This document shows positions 30,778 through 39,830 of a DNA stretch of 64,000 nt, piece after piece. The number at the start of each line of letters is the position of its first letter. Position 1 is the first letter of the stretch. The stretch is taken from positions 1 to 64,000 of IMG/VR virus record IMGVR_UViG_3300027659_000022. One strand, written 5' to 3'. Both the position numbers and the translations under genes were made by a program. This stretch comes from a virus. Under the pieces are notes generated by a model that worked only from the letters and a program-made list of their open reading frames with translations, had not been told where the DNA came from and ran no database searches.

Positions 30778-31277
30778 CAACACTAAGGGTAGATAATCTA
30801 CAACATCAAAATCAAGAATATCTTTTACCACTGACTCAACTACGTCAGCGTACTATTAAAGAATATCGTCAAACCTATCAAAATGGTAGTTGGGAACCCA
30901 GCGACTCTTACGCATGGGCTCCAGGATTATGGGTTGATTATCAGCCAGCTTCGGCATCAAGTAGAATTAGAGCCACTTGGTGTTTTAATTTCGCACACAC
31001 CGACGGTCATGCAATTTCCAGCTGTGTATTTTACAGCAACGGCAGCACCGAACAAGGCCGGCACAGCATAGCAGGTCAGAGCCCAGAATATCGACACACC
31101 TATGTATGGGAATTTGACAGCTGGGGTACTAGTCGTGCTCGTATCGGATATCAAATAAGACGGCACGGCGGCAGCAACCGACCTAGATTTTTTGGTACGC
31201 ACCATTGGGATGGTGTTGGATCAAATCAAACTGGAACCAGCCAACTGTTTGTAGAGGAATATTTGCCAATAACATGA
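30774..31277 (+). CDS. putative fibre-tip module, family B copy 1
   Basis: W.P...Y.W.PG...D..P, SWG..RIGYQ.R and WDG.GS.Q...EE motifs. Confidence 0.65.
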   Translation: MTTLRVDNLQHQNQEYLLPLTQLRQRTIKEYRQTYQNGSWEPSDSYAWAPGLWVDYQPASASSRIRATWCFNFAHTDGHAISSCVFYSNGSTEQGRHSIAGQSPEYRHTYVWEFDSWGTSRARIGYQIRRHGGSNRPRFFGTHHWDGVGSNQTGTSQLFVEEYLPIT

Positions 31278-31783
31278 GCACACTTATCACAAATTCTCTT
31301 AGTTTTGATCCTAATTCAACTCCTATACCTTTAACAGAGTTAGGACATCGTGTGGTCAAAGAAGCAAGAGCCACCTATGATGGTGGTCAATGGAATCCTG
31401 ATACCACCTATGCATGGATTCCTGGTATGTTCAACGACTACACTCCATTGCTGGCAACATCTAGAATACGCATGACCTGCATGATTCCTTATGCAAGAAA
31501 TTCTGGCTCAGCACACGCTATCAGTCACTGGATATTTTATGCCAACGGTGCTGAGCAAGGACGACATGGAGTATCTGGAGAACATCACGAAGATATGCGT
31601 ACCTATGTATGGGATGTGGCCAGCTGGGGCACAGCTTCAGGACGTATCGGCTACCAAATGCGGGCCTATGCCAACGATAACAACGAAGTTAGACCTTATT
31701 GTACGCAATACTGGGATGGTGGCGGCTCAGTACAAAACTGTCGCGGCCAATACGTGATTCAAGAATATCTTCCAGGAGTGTAA
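31274..31783 (+). CDS. putative fibre-tip module, family B copy 2
   Basis: Start re-called to ATG 31274 (ATGA overlap); same motifs. Confidence 0.65.
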   Translation: MSTLITNSLSFDPNSTPIPLTELGHRVVKEARATYDGGQWNPDTTYAWIPGMFNDYTPLLATSRIRMTCMIPYARNSGSAHAISHWIFYANGAEQGRHGVSGEHHEDMRTYVWDVASWGTASGRIGYQMRAYANDNNEVRPYCTQYWDGGGSVQNCRGQYVIQEYLPGV

Positions 31784-31786
31784 TAG

Positions 31787-32293
31787 ATGCCTAATAATGT
31801 ACAGATTTCAACCTTACAAGATGTCTCTGGATCTGTGACTATTCCTGTGGTAGAATTAACCACACGAGTCATACAATATATTAGACAGGATTATACCGCC
31901 GGGGTATGGAATCCAGATAATTCATACAACTGGGTGCCAGGCGCTTTTTACGATTTCACTCCAAAACGAGCAGACAGCGTTATTAGTTATACTATGAGGC
32001 TACCAATAGCAAGAGCCGGTGGATCAACACATGCTATTGGAAACTGGTATTTTTACGCCAACAACATAATTTATTATCGCTGGGAAGACAGCCTACAGCA
32101 CGGAGAAAACGGCAACATATGGCAATTTCAAATTCCAAGCTGGGGTACCAGCACCGGTCGTATCGGTCTTCAACATCGCGCCCATAGTAATGACAGCAAC
32201 GAATTTAGAATGTATACCACAGAATACTGGGATGGTGTTGGATCAAATCAGAATTGTCGCGGACAGCTGTTCATCGAGGAGATCGTGTTATAA
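31787..32293 (+). CDS. putative fibre-tip module, family B copy 3
   Basis: WNPDNSYNWVPG, SWGTSTGRIG, YWDGVGSNQNCRGQ. Confidence 0.65.
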   Translation: MPNNVQISTLQDVSGSVTIPVVELTTRVIQYIRQDYTAGVWNPDNSYNWVPGAFYDFTPKRADSVISYTMRLPIARAGGSTHAIGNWYFYANNIIYYRWEDSLQHGENGNIWQFQIPSWGTSTGRIGLQHRAHSNDSNEFRMYTTEYWDGVGSNQNCRGQLFIEEIVL

Positions 32294-32844
32294 TGGGTAC
32301 TTTAACCACCAGCTATATAGCCAGCAGCACTGGATCACTGGTAATTCCTATCAGAGAACTGGCTACTAGATGCATACAAAGATATCATAGTCAATATACC
32401 TCAGGAGAATGGAATCCGGACACTACCAGCAACTGGGCACCAGGAGGATTTGTAGATTTTACTCCCCAACGTGCAGACAGCAGGATTGTGTTTATTTGGC
32501 GTGTGCCAACAGCTTGGTCAAACGCCGCCCACAGTATCAGCCATTGGAGATTTTATGTTAATGGTGTTCTTTATTATAGACATGGTATGGGCGGCACACA
32601 TGTGGAAGATGGAAATACACTGAAGTGGGATGTACCAAGTTGGGGTACATCATCTGGACGTATTGGATATCAAGTACGATCTCATACCAACGACAACCAC
32701 GAAACTAGACTGTATAGAACATACTATTGGAACGGCACTACATCAACTCAAAACGCCTACGGACAGTTAATAGTTGAAGAATGGGCACAATCAGGATTAC
32801 CAGCCGGTGCTGATAATACCGAAGGCATAGTTACTGCCCGCTAA
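32293..32844 (+). CDS. putative fibre-tip module, family B copy 4
   Basis: Start re-called to ATG 32293 (TAATG overlap); same motifs. Confidence 0.65.
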   Translation: MGTLTTSYIASSTGSLVIPIRELATRCIQRYHSQYTSGEWNPDTTSNWAPGGFVDFTPQRADSRIVFIWRVPTAWSNAAHSISHWRFYVNGVLYYRHGMGGTHVEDGNTLKWDVPSWGTSSGRIGYQVRSHTNDNHETRLYRTYYWNGTTSTQNAYGQLIVEEWAQSGLPAGADNTEGIVTAR

Positions 32845-32888
32845 ATAACATTATGGTATTATACAACCAAAAGATTAGGAGATAAAAC

Positions 32889-33218
32889 ATGTCAAGTGAA
32901 ATAGATTTCGGTGAAGTTATGCATAGATTCTATGCAGGTCGCCAGTACGGTGTAAGAGGCCCCAACTATGAAGATATTTCGTGGATGGAACCAAGCGAAC
33001 CAATGCCCAGCAGAGAAGCATTAGCTGCTAAATGGGAAACAATCAAAGAAGAAATTAGATTGATGAAAATTGCCCAGAAAAGATCAACACCTGGTGAATA
33101 CCCCGGTAAAGATGAAATTCTAGTTGCACTATGGGAAATGGTAGTTGAAAATCGTCCCGAAAAAGCTGAGGCATTACAAGCACGTAGATTAGAAATCAAA
33201 GCCAAGTATCCTAAATAA
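32889..33218 (+). CDS. second tail fibre chaperone-like small protein
   Basis: Y..I.W......P....L..KW...R...YP...E.L.ALW...IKAKYPK pattern; AGGAG SD and TAAATA at 32842. Confidence 0.6.
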   Translation: MSSEIDFGEVMHRFYAGRQYGVRGPNYEDISWMEPSEPMPSREALAAKWETIKEEIRLMKIAQKRSTPGEYPGKDEILVALWEMVVENRPEKAEALQARRLEIKAKYPK

Positions 33219-33220
33219 TT

Positions 33221-33760
33221 ATGACTGCAACTTTAAGAGTTAATACCATTACTAACTCAACTGCCAGTGTCAGTTTAGCCACCACTTATTTTCAAAGAAG
33301 ATTGGTGCAGAGAATTTACAAGCGATTCCACGGTGGTGGAAATCCAGAGCAAGGCGGTGGAGGACTTTGGAATCCAGGAAACGAATACAGACCAATTCCA
33401 GGAAATTCTTTGAGTATTACTCCCATGTATAGCAACAGTATATTGGTATATACCTGCAATGCTCCTGTGGGGCATCGTCAAAATAGCCACAGTATCACTC
33501 ATTGGAAATTTTATGCAGGTGGTCAAGAATATGCTCGTCACAGTAAATCAGGAACGCACATGAGTCATGCACATGTTCATAGATGGGAAGTTCCTAGTTG
33601 GGGTGCGGGGCGAGCAGGTATGATGGGATATCAAGTTAGACAATACGGTGACGGAACGCACTCAACACATTTCAACGGCCGTCGTTGGCTTGACGGCAGC
33701 GACACTAGTAGATCAGTACCAAGTTACGTAATGGTAGAGGAGTATGTGACAGCACCATGA
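33221..33760 (+). CDS. putative fibre-tip module, family B copy 5
   Basis: WNPG..Y..PG, HSITHWKFY, WEVPSWG, GYQVR, VEEY. Confidence 0.65.
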   Translation: MTATLRVNTITNSTASVSLATTYFQRRLVQRIYKRFHGGGNPEQGGGGLWNPGNEYRPIPGNSLSITPMYSNSILVYTCNAPVGHRQNSHSITHWKFYAGGQEYARHSKSGTHMSHAHVHRWEVPSWGAGRAGMMGYQVRQYGDGTHSTHFNGRRWLDGSDTSRSVPSYVMVEEYVTAP

Positions 33761-34752
33761 CCGCCCAATTAAACGTTTCAACCATTCAAAGTGAAGATGG
33801 ATCAATATCCAGAAACATACAAGATTTCGCTCACAGGGTAGTTCAACGAGTAAGTTACACACACCGAAACGGCTGGATTCGTGGTGATAACACCTATTAT
33901 TGGATGCCTGGAGGCTATGCCGATTTTACTCCAGTAAGATCAGACAGTAGAATAAGATCCACATGGTGCATTCACACCAGAGACTATGGTTCCAGCCACA
34001 TGATAATGCACTATATTTTTTACAGAGATGACATAGAGTATGGCCGCTTTACTAGAGGCGGACACGAAATAGAAAATACCAACGCCATAGAATGGGATAT
34101 TCCAAGCTGGGGCGCTGGACAAAAAGCTCGTATGGGGCACAGATATCGAGCATACGTAGACGGTAATCACAATGCGCATCTATTCCACACTGAGTGGTGG
34201 GACGGTAGTGGCAGCGGCCAAAGTGTGCCGGGACAATATACAATTTTAGAATACGTTCCTAAACTTCCTCTTAATACTGCTGACATGCCACATAGTCAAC
34301 AGAATATGCAAAACGCTGCTGTAAGAAATAACGGTGCAGGCGGTGCTGGATCAGCGGCCAGCGATGGCCTGGGAGATGATCGTACGCGAAGTCTAAGCTA
34401 CGGTTGGCATTCTAGTCCAGCTGTTTTTAACGGAATTTGTGCAGTTTACATGGGTAACAAATATCCTAACGGAGTTGTTGTAAATCAACTACGTCTAATT
34501 GCTCACACTAACCATTTACAAGCATTTACTATTCAAGGTAGTAACGATAGTGGTCAAGGTGCAAACTTCCATAATGCTGGAAACTGGACCACAATTATTA
34601 CAGGTGACGGTGGCGGCCCAGGCTCAGCATTTGACCGCCAAGCACTGGATTACCAATCAACCAATACTACACCATACCTAGCATACCGCATAGTTGTTAC
34701 AAGCGGTGGTAGCGGTTGGGCCAGCTACGGTTGGGAACTATACGGGTATTAA
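33757..34752 (+). CDS. fibre-tip module family B copy 6 fused to C-terminal discoidin (F5/8 type C)-like domain
   Basis: First ~170 aa match family B; C-terminal FTIQGSND...WTTI...YLAYRIVV...ELYG pattern. Confidence 0.65.
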   Translation: MTAQLNVSTIQSEDGSISRNIQDFAHRVVQRVSYTHRNGWIRGDNTYYWMPGGYADFTPVRSDSRIRSTWCIHTRDYGSSHMIMHYIFYRDDIEYGRFTRGGHEIENTNAIEWDIPSWGAGQKARMGHRYRAYVDGNHNAHLFHTEWWDGSGSGQSVPGQYTILEYVPKLPLNTADMPHSQQNMQNAAVRNNGAGGAGSAASDGLGDDRTRSLSYGWHSSPAVFNGICAVYMGNKYPNGVVVNQLRLIAHTNHLQAFTIQGSNDSGQGANFHNAGNWTTIITGDGGGPGSAFDRQALDYQSTNTTPYLAYRIVVTSGGSGWASYGWELYGY

Positions 34753-34810
34753 TTCATATTTGATCTCATATCTTATTACTGTAAAATAAGTAGTTGCATA
34801 GGAGATAGAC

Positions 34811-35284
34811 ATGCATCATGACGAAATAATTTCTCAGTTTATCGGAAAAGACGGAAAGGTCCTCTACATCGGAAACCCCACGGATGCTATAAAAAAACCA
34901 ACAACACCGTCGGTTTTCCACGCCATTGATCCTTCAACAACACTCATTGATGCATCTAATTTACCAAAAGATTTTGATACTGTGATATTTGCAACAGCGT
35001 TAGAACTAGTAAATGACCCGCGAGGATTGATAAATCAATTCAAATGGCAGGCCAAATGTACAATTGTCTATGAATTCAAATACGATCACATGGACGACAT
35101 TGATCCGTCATGGAAACTAACCTGGAAAAATATCGGATTAGAAAATATACTCACTTGGGAATTTGATTATGTTAGAAGCATATACCTAGGATATGCTACA
35201 ATATATTTCTGCGAAGGTCCCAACAAATATACTCCTGACGAAATCGGAGAGGGTGTCTCAGTTGAACACAAAAACACAATTTAA
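34811..35284 (+). CDS. hypothetical protein, possible degenerate SAM-methyltransferase fold
   Basis: KVLYIG...FDTVIF..ALE.V.DP resembles class I MTase motifs but lacks a clear GxG; GGAG SD. Confidence 0.4.
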   Translation: MHHDEIISQFIGKDGKVLYIGNPTDAIKKPTTPSVFHAIDPSTTLIDASNLPKDFDTVIFATALELVNDPRGLINQFKWQAKCTIVYEFKYDHMDDIDPSWKLTWKNIGLENILTWEFDYVRSIYLGYATIYFCEGPNKYTPDEIGEGVSVEHKNTI

Positions 35285-35304
35285 AACTTAAAAGGTAACT
35301 GACA

Positions 35305-36777
35305 TTGATTAATAACATAGCTATAGTAGGTGGGGGCACAGCCGGAGTAACTACCGCTTTGATTTTAAAAAAAACATATCCTAATCTACAGATTGATTTG
35401 ATAGAATCAGATCAGATAGGAATCGTAGGGGTAGGAGAAGGCAGCACTGAACATTGGGCTACCTTCATGCAGCACTGTGATATCAGTACCACTGAGCTGG
35501 TCAAACATACTGATTGTACTTTTAAATACGGTATTAATTTTGATAACTGGAATGGCGATGGTACAAATTATATTCACACAATTAGCAGTGCTTTTAACAT
35601 GGAGAGTCAAAGCAACAGTAAATTTGTATACTCATATCTGATAGCCAACGGAGCAGGCCCCAAGGATCTCATTCACAAATATATAGAACCTAGTCTGCAT
35701 AGAATGCCGTTCTTTACTATAAACCAATTTCATTTTAACACAACCAAATTAAATAAATTCCTACACGATCTCTGCGATCAAAGAAAAATAAACACCATAA
35801 AAGCAGAAATCAAAGAAGTTAAATTGGATGAGCAGGGCGCAATCAAAGAGTTAATTACCACAACTGATAAACACCTTAGTTATGACTTATATGTCGATTG
35901 TACCGGATTTCATCGTTTGCTTTTGCACAAAACTATGGGGGTCAAATGGCGCAGTTACCAAAAATATCTTCCAATGAACAGTGCTATCGCATTCCCTACA
36001 GAAACCACAGAAAAAATTCCCAGTTGGACACTAGCAAAGGCAATGAACAATGGATGGTTATGGAGAATTCCAACTCAACAACGATACGGCAATGGTTACG
36101 TGTTCAATGATAGTTTTATAGATTTCGACAAGGCCGTTGACGAAGTTGAAAAGCTCTATGGACATAAAATACAAGTAGCAAAAAAAATAAAATTTGATGC
36201 AGGATGTTTAGAAAAATCATGGGTAAAAAACTGTGTAGCTATTGGTTTATCTAGCAGTTTTATTGAACCTCTAGAAGCCAGCTCAATAGGATGCAGTATA
36301 CAACAGGCATTCAAGTTAAATCATTTATTACCTGCTTATATACCGGAAATTAAAACTACTCGGGTGATCGACGAATTCAATCAAGAATGTGATGAACTTC
36401 TTGAAAATATTTTAGATTATGTAGCATTACATTATATCACTAAGAGAACTGACACAGATTTTTGGAAATCTGCTAAGACTCTTCCAAAACCTTCGGGGTT
36501 AGAAGACAAATTAGAATTATACAAATACAAATTTCCTAGTAAGTCAGAATTTTCAAATAGAAAAGTCATGTTTAAAGAAGCCAACTGGATATTAGTAATG
36601 CATGGTCTAGGATTAATCAGCAAAGAATTAGCACAGAAAGATGTGGACATGCAGGCTAAACATCTAATGGAATCAATACCGTATAATCTTCCTAAAGAGG
36701 ATATCGATTCTGGAGAATTTGTTGATCATAGGCAGGCGTTACAATGGCTAATTGACAATCCAGAGCAGATAAATTGA
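35305..36777 (+). CDS. flavin-dependent halogenase (tryptophan halogenase/PrnA family)
   Basis: GGGTAG FAD motif, GVGEGS, catalytic-Lys region TFKYGINF, WLWRIP (WxWxIP), FIEPLEASSI; TTG start. Confidence 0.9.
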   Translation: MINNIAIVGGGTAGVTTALILKKTYPNLQIDLIESDQIGIVGVGEGSTEHWATFMQHCDISTTELVKHTDCTFKYGINFDNWNGDGTNYIHTISSAFNMESQSNSKFVYSYLIANGAGPKDLIHKYIEPSLHRMPFFTINQFHFNTTKLNKFLHDLCDQRKINTIKAEIKEVKLDEQGAIKELITTTDKHLSYDLYVDCTGFHRLLLHKTMGVKWRSYQKYLPMNSAIAFPTETTEKIPSWTLAKAMNNGWLWRIPTQQRYGNGYVFNDSFIDFDKAVDEVEKLYGHKIQVAKKIKFDAGCLEKSWVKNCVAIGLSSSFIEPLEASSIGCSIQQAFKLNHLLPAYIPEIKTTRVIDEFNQECDELLENILDYVALHYITKRTDTDFWKSAKTLPKPSGLEDKLELYKYKFPSKSEFSNRKVMFKEANWILVMHGLGLISKELAQKDVDMQAKHLMESIPYNLPKEDIDSGEFVDHRQALQWLIDNPEQIN

Positions 36778-37418
36778 TAATTAGTCAAGGATTAAATTGG
36801 CTGATCACTGATCACATTGCTGATTTAGGTACTATTAAAAAAGTAGTCAGTGATGTAACGTCGGAAGATTGGTCATCATATACCACAGCTAAAGGCCCAT
36901 TATCTAGACAGCACTACTTAATAAACCCGTCATGGATGCCATCCCAAGTTCATGAAGAACCACAAGGATGGGCTGAACTTAAATTGTGGTATGAAAACAC
37001 CGTACAAAAGTTATTGGTACATCACGGTCTTATGCCAGGTCAATGGCAAGGAATTTCAGCAAACAGATCGTGGACTGTGATCGGCGAAGAAGGCAGTTAT
37101 CATACGATACACGATCATGGACCAAATTCTGTATGCTCTGTGACCTATCTCGAAGTACCGGAACAAAATAAAAACGACGATAAAGCGGGTCAAATTTATT
37201 TTGTATTACAGTCCGATCCCTATCATCCATTAACTCCGGTAAAACATAAAGTAGTTCATATATCTCCAAAACCGGGAATGATCGTAATTTTTCCTAGCTG
37301 GTTACTACATGGCGTTTATCCTCAAGGTCCAGGAATACGCCAAACACTCAATGTTGATTTTGTCGGAAACGTGTGTCCAGGGCCAGAAGATTCTGCTGGA
37401 TATATTAGTATTTTATAA
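36774..37418 (+). CDS. 2OG-Fe(II) oxygenase superfamily protein
   Basis: H-x-H (IHDH), G.I.F, IFPSWLLHGV.P and R..L..D motifs. Confidence 0.8.
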   Translation: MIISQGLNWLITDHIADLGTIKKVVSDVTSEDWSSYTTAKGPLSRQHYLINPSWMPSQVHEEPQGWAELKLWYENTVQKLLVHHGLMPGQWQGISANRSWTVIGEEGSYHTIHDHGPNSVCSVTYLEVPEQNKNDDKAGQIYFVLQSDPYHPLTPVKHKVVHISPKPGMIVIFPSWLLHGVYPQGPGIRQTLNVDFVGNVCPGPEDSAGYISIL

Positions 37419-37501
37419 AGTTATTTTGTCTAGACGATATCTTTGATATTTTAACTTAATTGTAATATAGTTATTTGGCGAAAACCTAAATCATTTTTCG
37501 A

Positions 37502-37507
37502 TAAATA
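37502..37507 (+). promoter_or_regulatory. late promoter TAAATA-N5-ATG
   Basis: GATAAATACTATT ATG, close to the T4 late consensus TATAAATACTATT. Confidence 0.75.
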
Positions 37508-37512
37508 CTATT

Positions 37513-39555
37513 ATGACCAGAGAAACCCTCAATATTTTAAGAATCATACCTAGAGATGCTGATTTTCTAGATAGAAAAACTGGATCTCGCGGAGAAATAT
37601 TCTACGATAAAGATACAAATACACTTCGTTTGTATGACGGACAATATCAGGGAGGTTATACACTAGCTAAGGCAGACTTAACAAATATCACTAACTCAGA
37701 TTTCCTTGCCAAAGCTAATTCAGCAGGATTTAGTGGTGGGGTACAGGCAGGTGTAGCTGGTAGAATAGCCTACTATCCTAGTACAGGCAGTCAGGTCAAC
37801 GATCTTGCTGAAGTTTATTGGCATACACACGATAGCGCCAGTATGTTGCACATCAACGGACTGTTGGAAGTATCTGGCCAAAAAAATAAGATACGTTTCC
37901 ACTGGGACACACTGGCTGATTTAACCAGTGAAGTTCCTGCTGTAGATTGGCACGGTATGGTAGCCCACGCACACGATACGGGGAAATTGTATTACGCTCA
38001 TGCCAGTGCTTGGGTGCCAGTAGCCAGCGAATCTAGTCTGCCCAATTCATTTAGCACTGTGGTTGTTGCAGGACAGAGCTCTGTGATAGCCGATTCTACT
38101 GCTGACACACTAACCCTAGTCGCCGGCTCTAATATTACTATTACTACCAATGCTGGCACAGACACCGTAACCATAAGTTCAACTACCAGCACAGGTTCTA
38201 TTACTTTTGTAGGAACCACAATAGATTCAGCAGACAGTTCCACCATCACATTTACGCCTACGGTGGCATTTGATTCAGATGTTGTGGTAGGCAATGAAAT
38301 TGTATTCGCGGACGGGACAAGGCAATCGACCACCGCCGTAGGAGTTCCCGGACCACAAGGACCACCAGGCCCCACAGGAGCGTCAGGCGCGGGAACAGGG
38401 GATGTATTAAGCGCAGGCGGCGGGTATGTGGATAATGCTATCATACGCTACGATGGTACCACAGGTACAATCATTCAAAACAGTTCTGCGACTATATCAG
38501 ACGCTGGATTATTGACAGCTACCAGCTTCAGTGGTATCGGCAGTTCTCTGACTGCGTTAAATGCTACACAACTGACTGCTGGAACTATACCAGATGCACG
38601 TTTTCCAGCTACACTGCCTGCACTAAGCGGAGCAAATCTCACAGCATTGCCTGCGACCCTGCCAGCCGCCAGCGGTGCAAATCTTACTGCATTGAACGCC
38701 ACTGAACTTACCAGCGGGACAGTACCTGTGCTTAGACTAGGTGCGTCTGGCACTAGAGACGCTACTACCTATCTCAGAGGAGATAATACATGGGCTACAG
38801 TAGCAGGCGGCGGCGGAGCAGCATCCGACAGTTTCGCTACTATCGCAGTAGCTGGACAAAGTTCTGTTGTAGCTGATTCTGCCACAGACACATTAACACT
38901 GGTAGCTGGTAGTGGTATAACTATTACCACAGATGCCGGTACAGATACGATAACTATAACCAATAGCAGTGCTGCTCAAAATACATTTTCCACTGTGGCA
39001 GTCACCGGACAGAGCAACATCGTAGCAGATTCTAGCACAGATACACTGACAATAGCAGCCGGTACAGGTATTTCTATTACCACAGATGCAGGCACAGACA
39101 CAGTAACTATAACCAGCACAGTCGCCGCTGGCGCTACTGCATTCACTGGTCTTAGCGATGCAGGAAGTCTCACCGTGGATAGATTTTATCTTCCTGCGAT
39201 CACTATGTTGGATGTCACTGCCAACGGCACATCAGCCTATAGATTTGATCAGTACGGTACCACAGATGATCCTACCATATATGCCATCAATGCTACGACT
39301 ATCGCATTCAATTTGGCCGGCGCTACTAGCCATCCGTTCCTAATACAGGACAACACCGGTACCAATTACAACACTGGATTGGTGCATGTAACCACCAGCG
39401 GAGTTGTGACCACAGGGGCAGCAGCACAGGGCAAGTCATCGGGTACTTTGTATTGGAAGATTCCTGATTCTATATCAGGCAACTATAGATATCAGTGTCA
39501 ATCTCATGCTGGTATGATAGGGACTATAACCATCAAGAACTTTGGCAGCATCTAA
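37513..39555 (+). CDS. fibre-like virion protein with collagen segment, three internal repeats and C-terminal cupredoxin-like domain
   Basis: GPQGPPGPTGASGAG; three copies of F.T..V.GQS...ADS..DTLT..AG..I.ITT.AGTDT.TI; HPF...YQCQSHAGMIG. Confidence 0.7.
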   Translation: MTRETLNILRIIPRDADFLDRKTGSRGEIFYDKDTNTLRLYDGQYQGGYTLAKADLTNITNSDFLAKANSAGFSGGVQAGVAGRIAYYPSTGSQVNDLAEVYWHTHDSASMLHINGLLEVSGQKNKIRFHWDTLADLTSEVPAVDWHGMVAHAHDTGKLYYAHASAWVPVASESSLPNSFSTVVVAGQSSVIADSTADTLTLVAGSNITITTNAGTDTVTISSTTSTGSITFVGTTIDSADSSTITFTPTVAFDSDVVVGNEIVFADGTRQSTTAVGVPGPQGPPGPTGASGAGTGDVLSAGGGYVDNAIIRYDGTTGTIIQNSSATISDAGLLTATSFSGIGSSLTALNATQLTAGTIPDARFPATLPALSGANLTALPATLPAASGANLTALNATELTSGTVPVLRLGASGTRDATTYLRGDNTWATVAGGGGAASDSFATIAVAGQSSVVADSATDTLTLVAGSGITITTDAGTDTITITNSSAAQNTFSTVAVTGQSNIVADSSTDTLTIAAGTGISITTDAGTDTVTITSTVAAGATAFTGLSDAGSLTVDRFYLPAITMLDVTANGTSAYRFDQYGTTDDPTIYAINATTIAFNLAGATSHPFLIQDNTGTNYNTGLVHVTTSGVVTTGAAAQGKSSGTLYWKIPDSISGNYRYQCQSHAGMIGTITIKNFGSI

Positions 39556-39566
39556 TTAGAGTGAAA

Positions 39567-39830
39567 CTAGTCTAGATTTTTTAATTTGTTATCTAGTTTT
39601 TTACGAATAGCTACTATATTCTGTTTCATATCGGAACCCATAGACGGCATCTGTTTGGTATAGATCATTTCCATGTGCATGGTGTCTAGTTTTCTAACTT
39701 CAGAGATCAATTTGTTCAGCAGTTCTTTGACTTCTTGTTTGAACTCACCTTCTGGAATCTGTTCAATCTTGGCTAGATACCGTTCGTGGTCTTGTTGAAA
39801 TCTACTAGATTTCTGTAGTAGGCTTGACAT
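39567..39830 (-). CDS. hypothetical helical protein
   Basis: ORF at the end of the minus-strand neck operon; converges on 39555. Confidence 0.6.
   Translation of the reverse strand: MSSLLQKSSRFQQDHERYLAKIEQIPEGEFKQEVKELLNKLISEVRKLDTMHMEMIYTKQMPSMGSDMKQNIVAIRKKLDNKLKNLD

Noticed and set aside
33212-33223. TAAATA-N3-ATG as another leaderless promoter
   Set aside because: The box is formed by the Pro-Lys-stop codons of the upstream gene and the spacing is off; probably coincidental.
28592-34752. Diversity-generating retroelement or invertible shufflon acting on the tip array
   Set aside because: No reverse transcriptase, recombinase, inverted copies or ~100-bp TR/VR pair differing only at adenines was seen in the window; all copies are intact and co-oriented.
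37419-37500. AT-rich intergenic stretch as replication origin or sRNA
   Set aside because: No iterons or stable structure; most simply the upstream region of the 37502 promoter.
38044-39120. Three dispersed ~135-bp repeats resembling an array
   Set aside because: Degenerate in-frame protein repeats of the fibre; no constant repeat-spacer structure.
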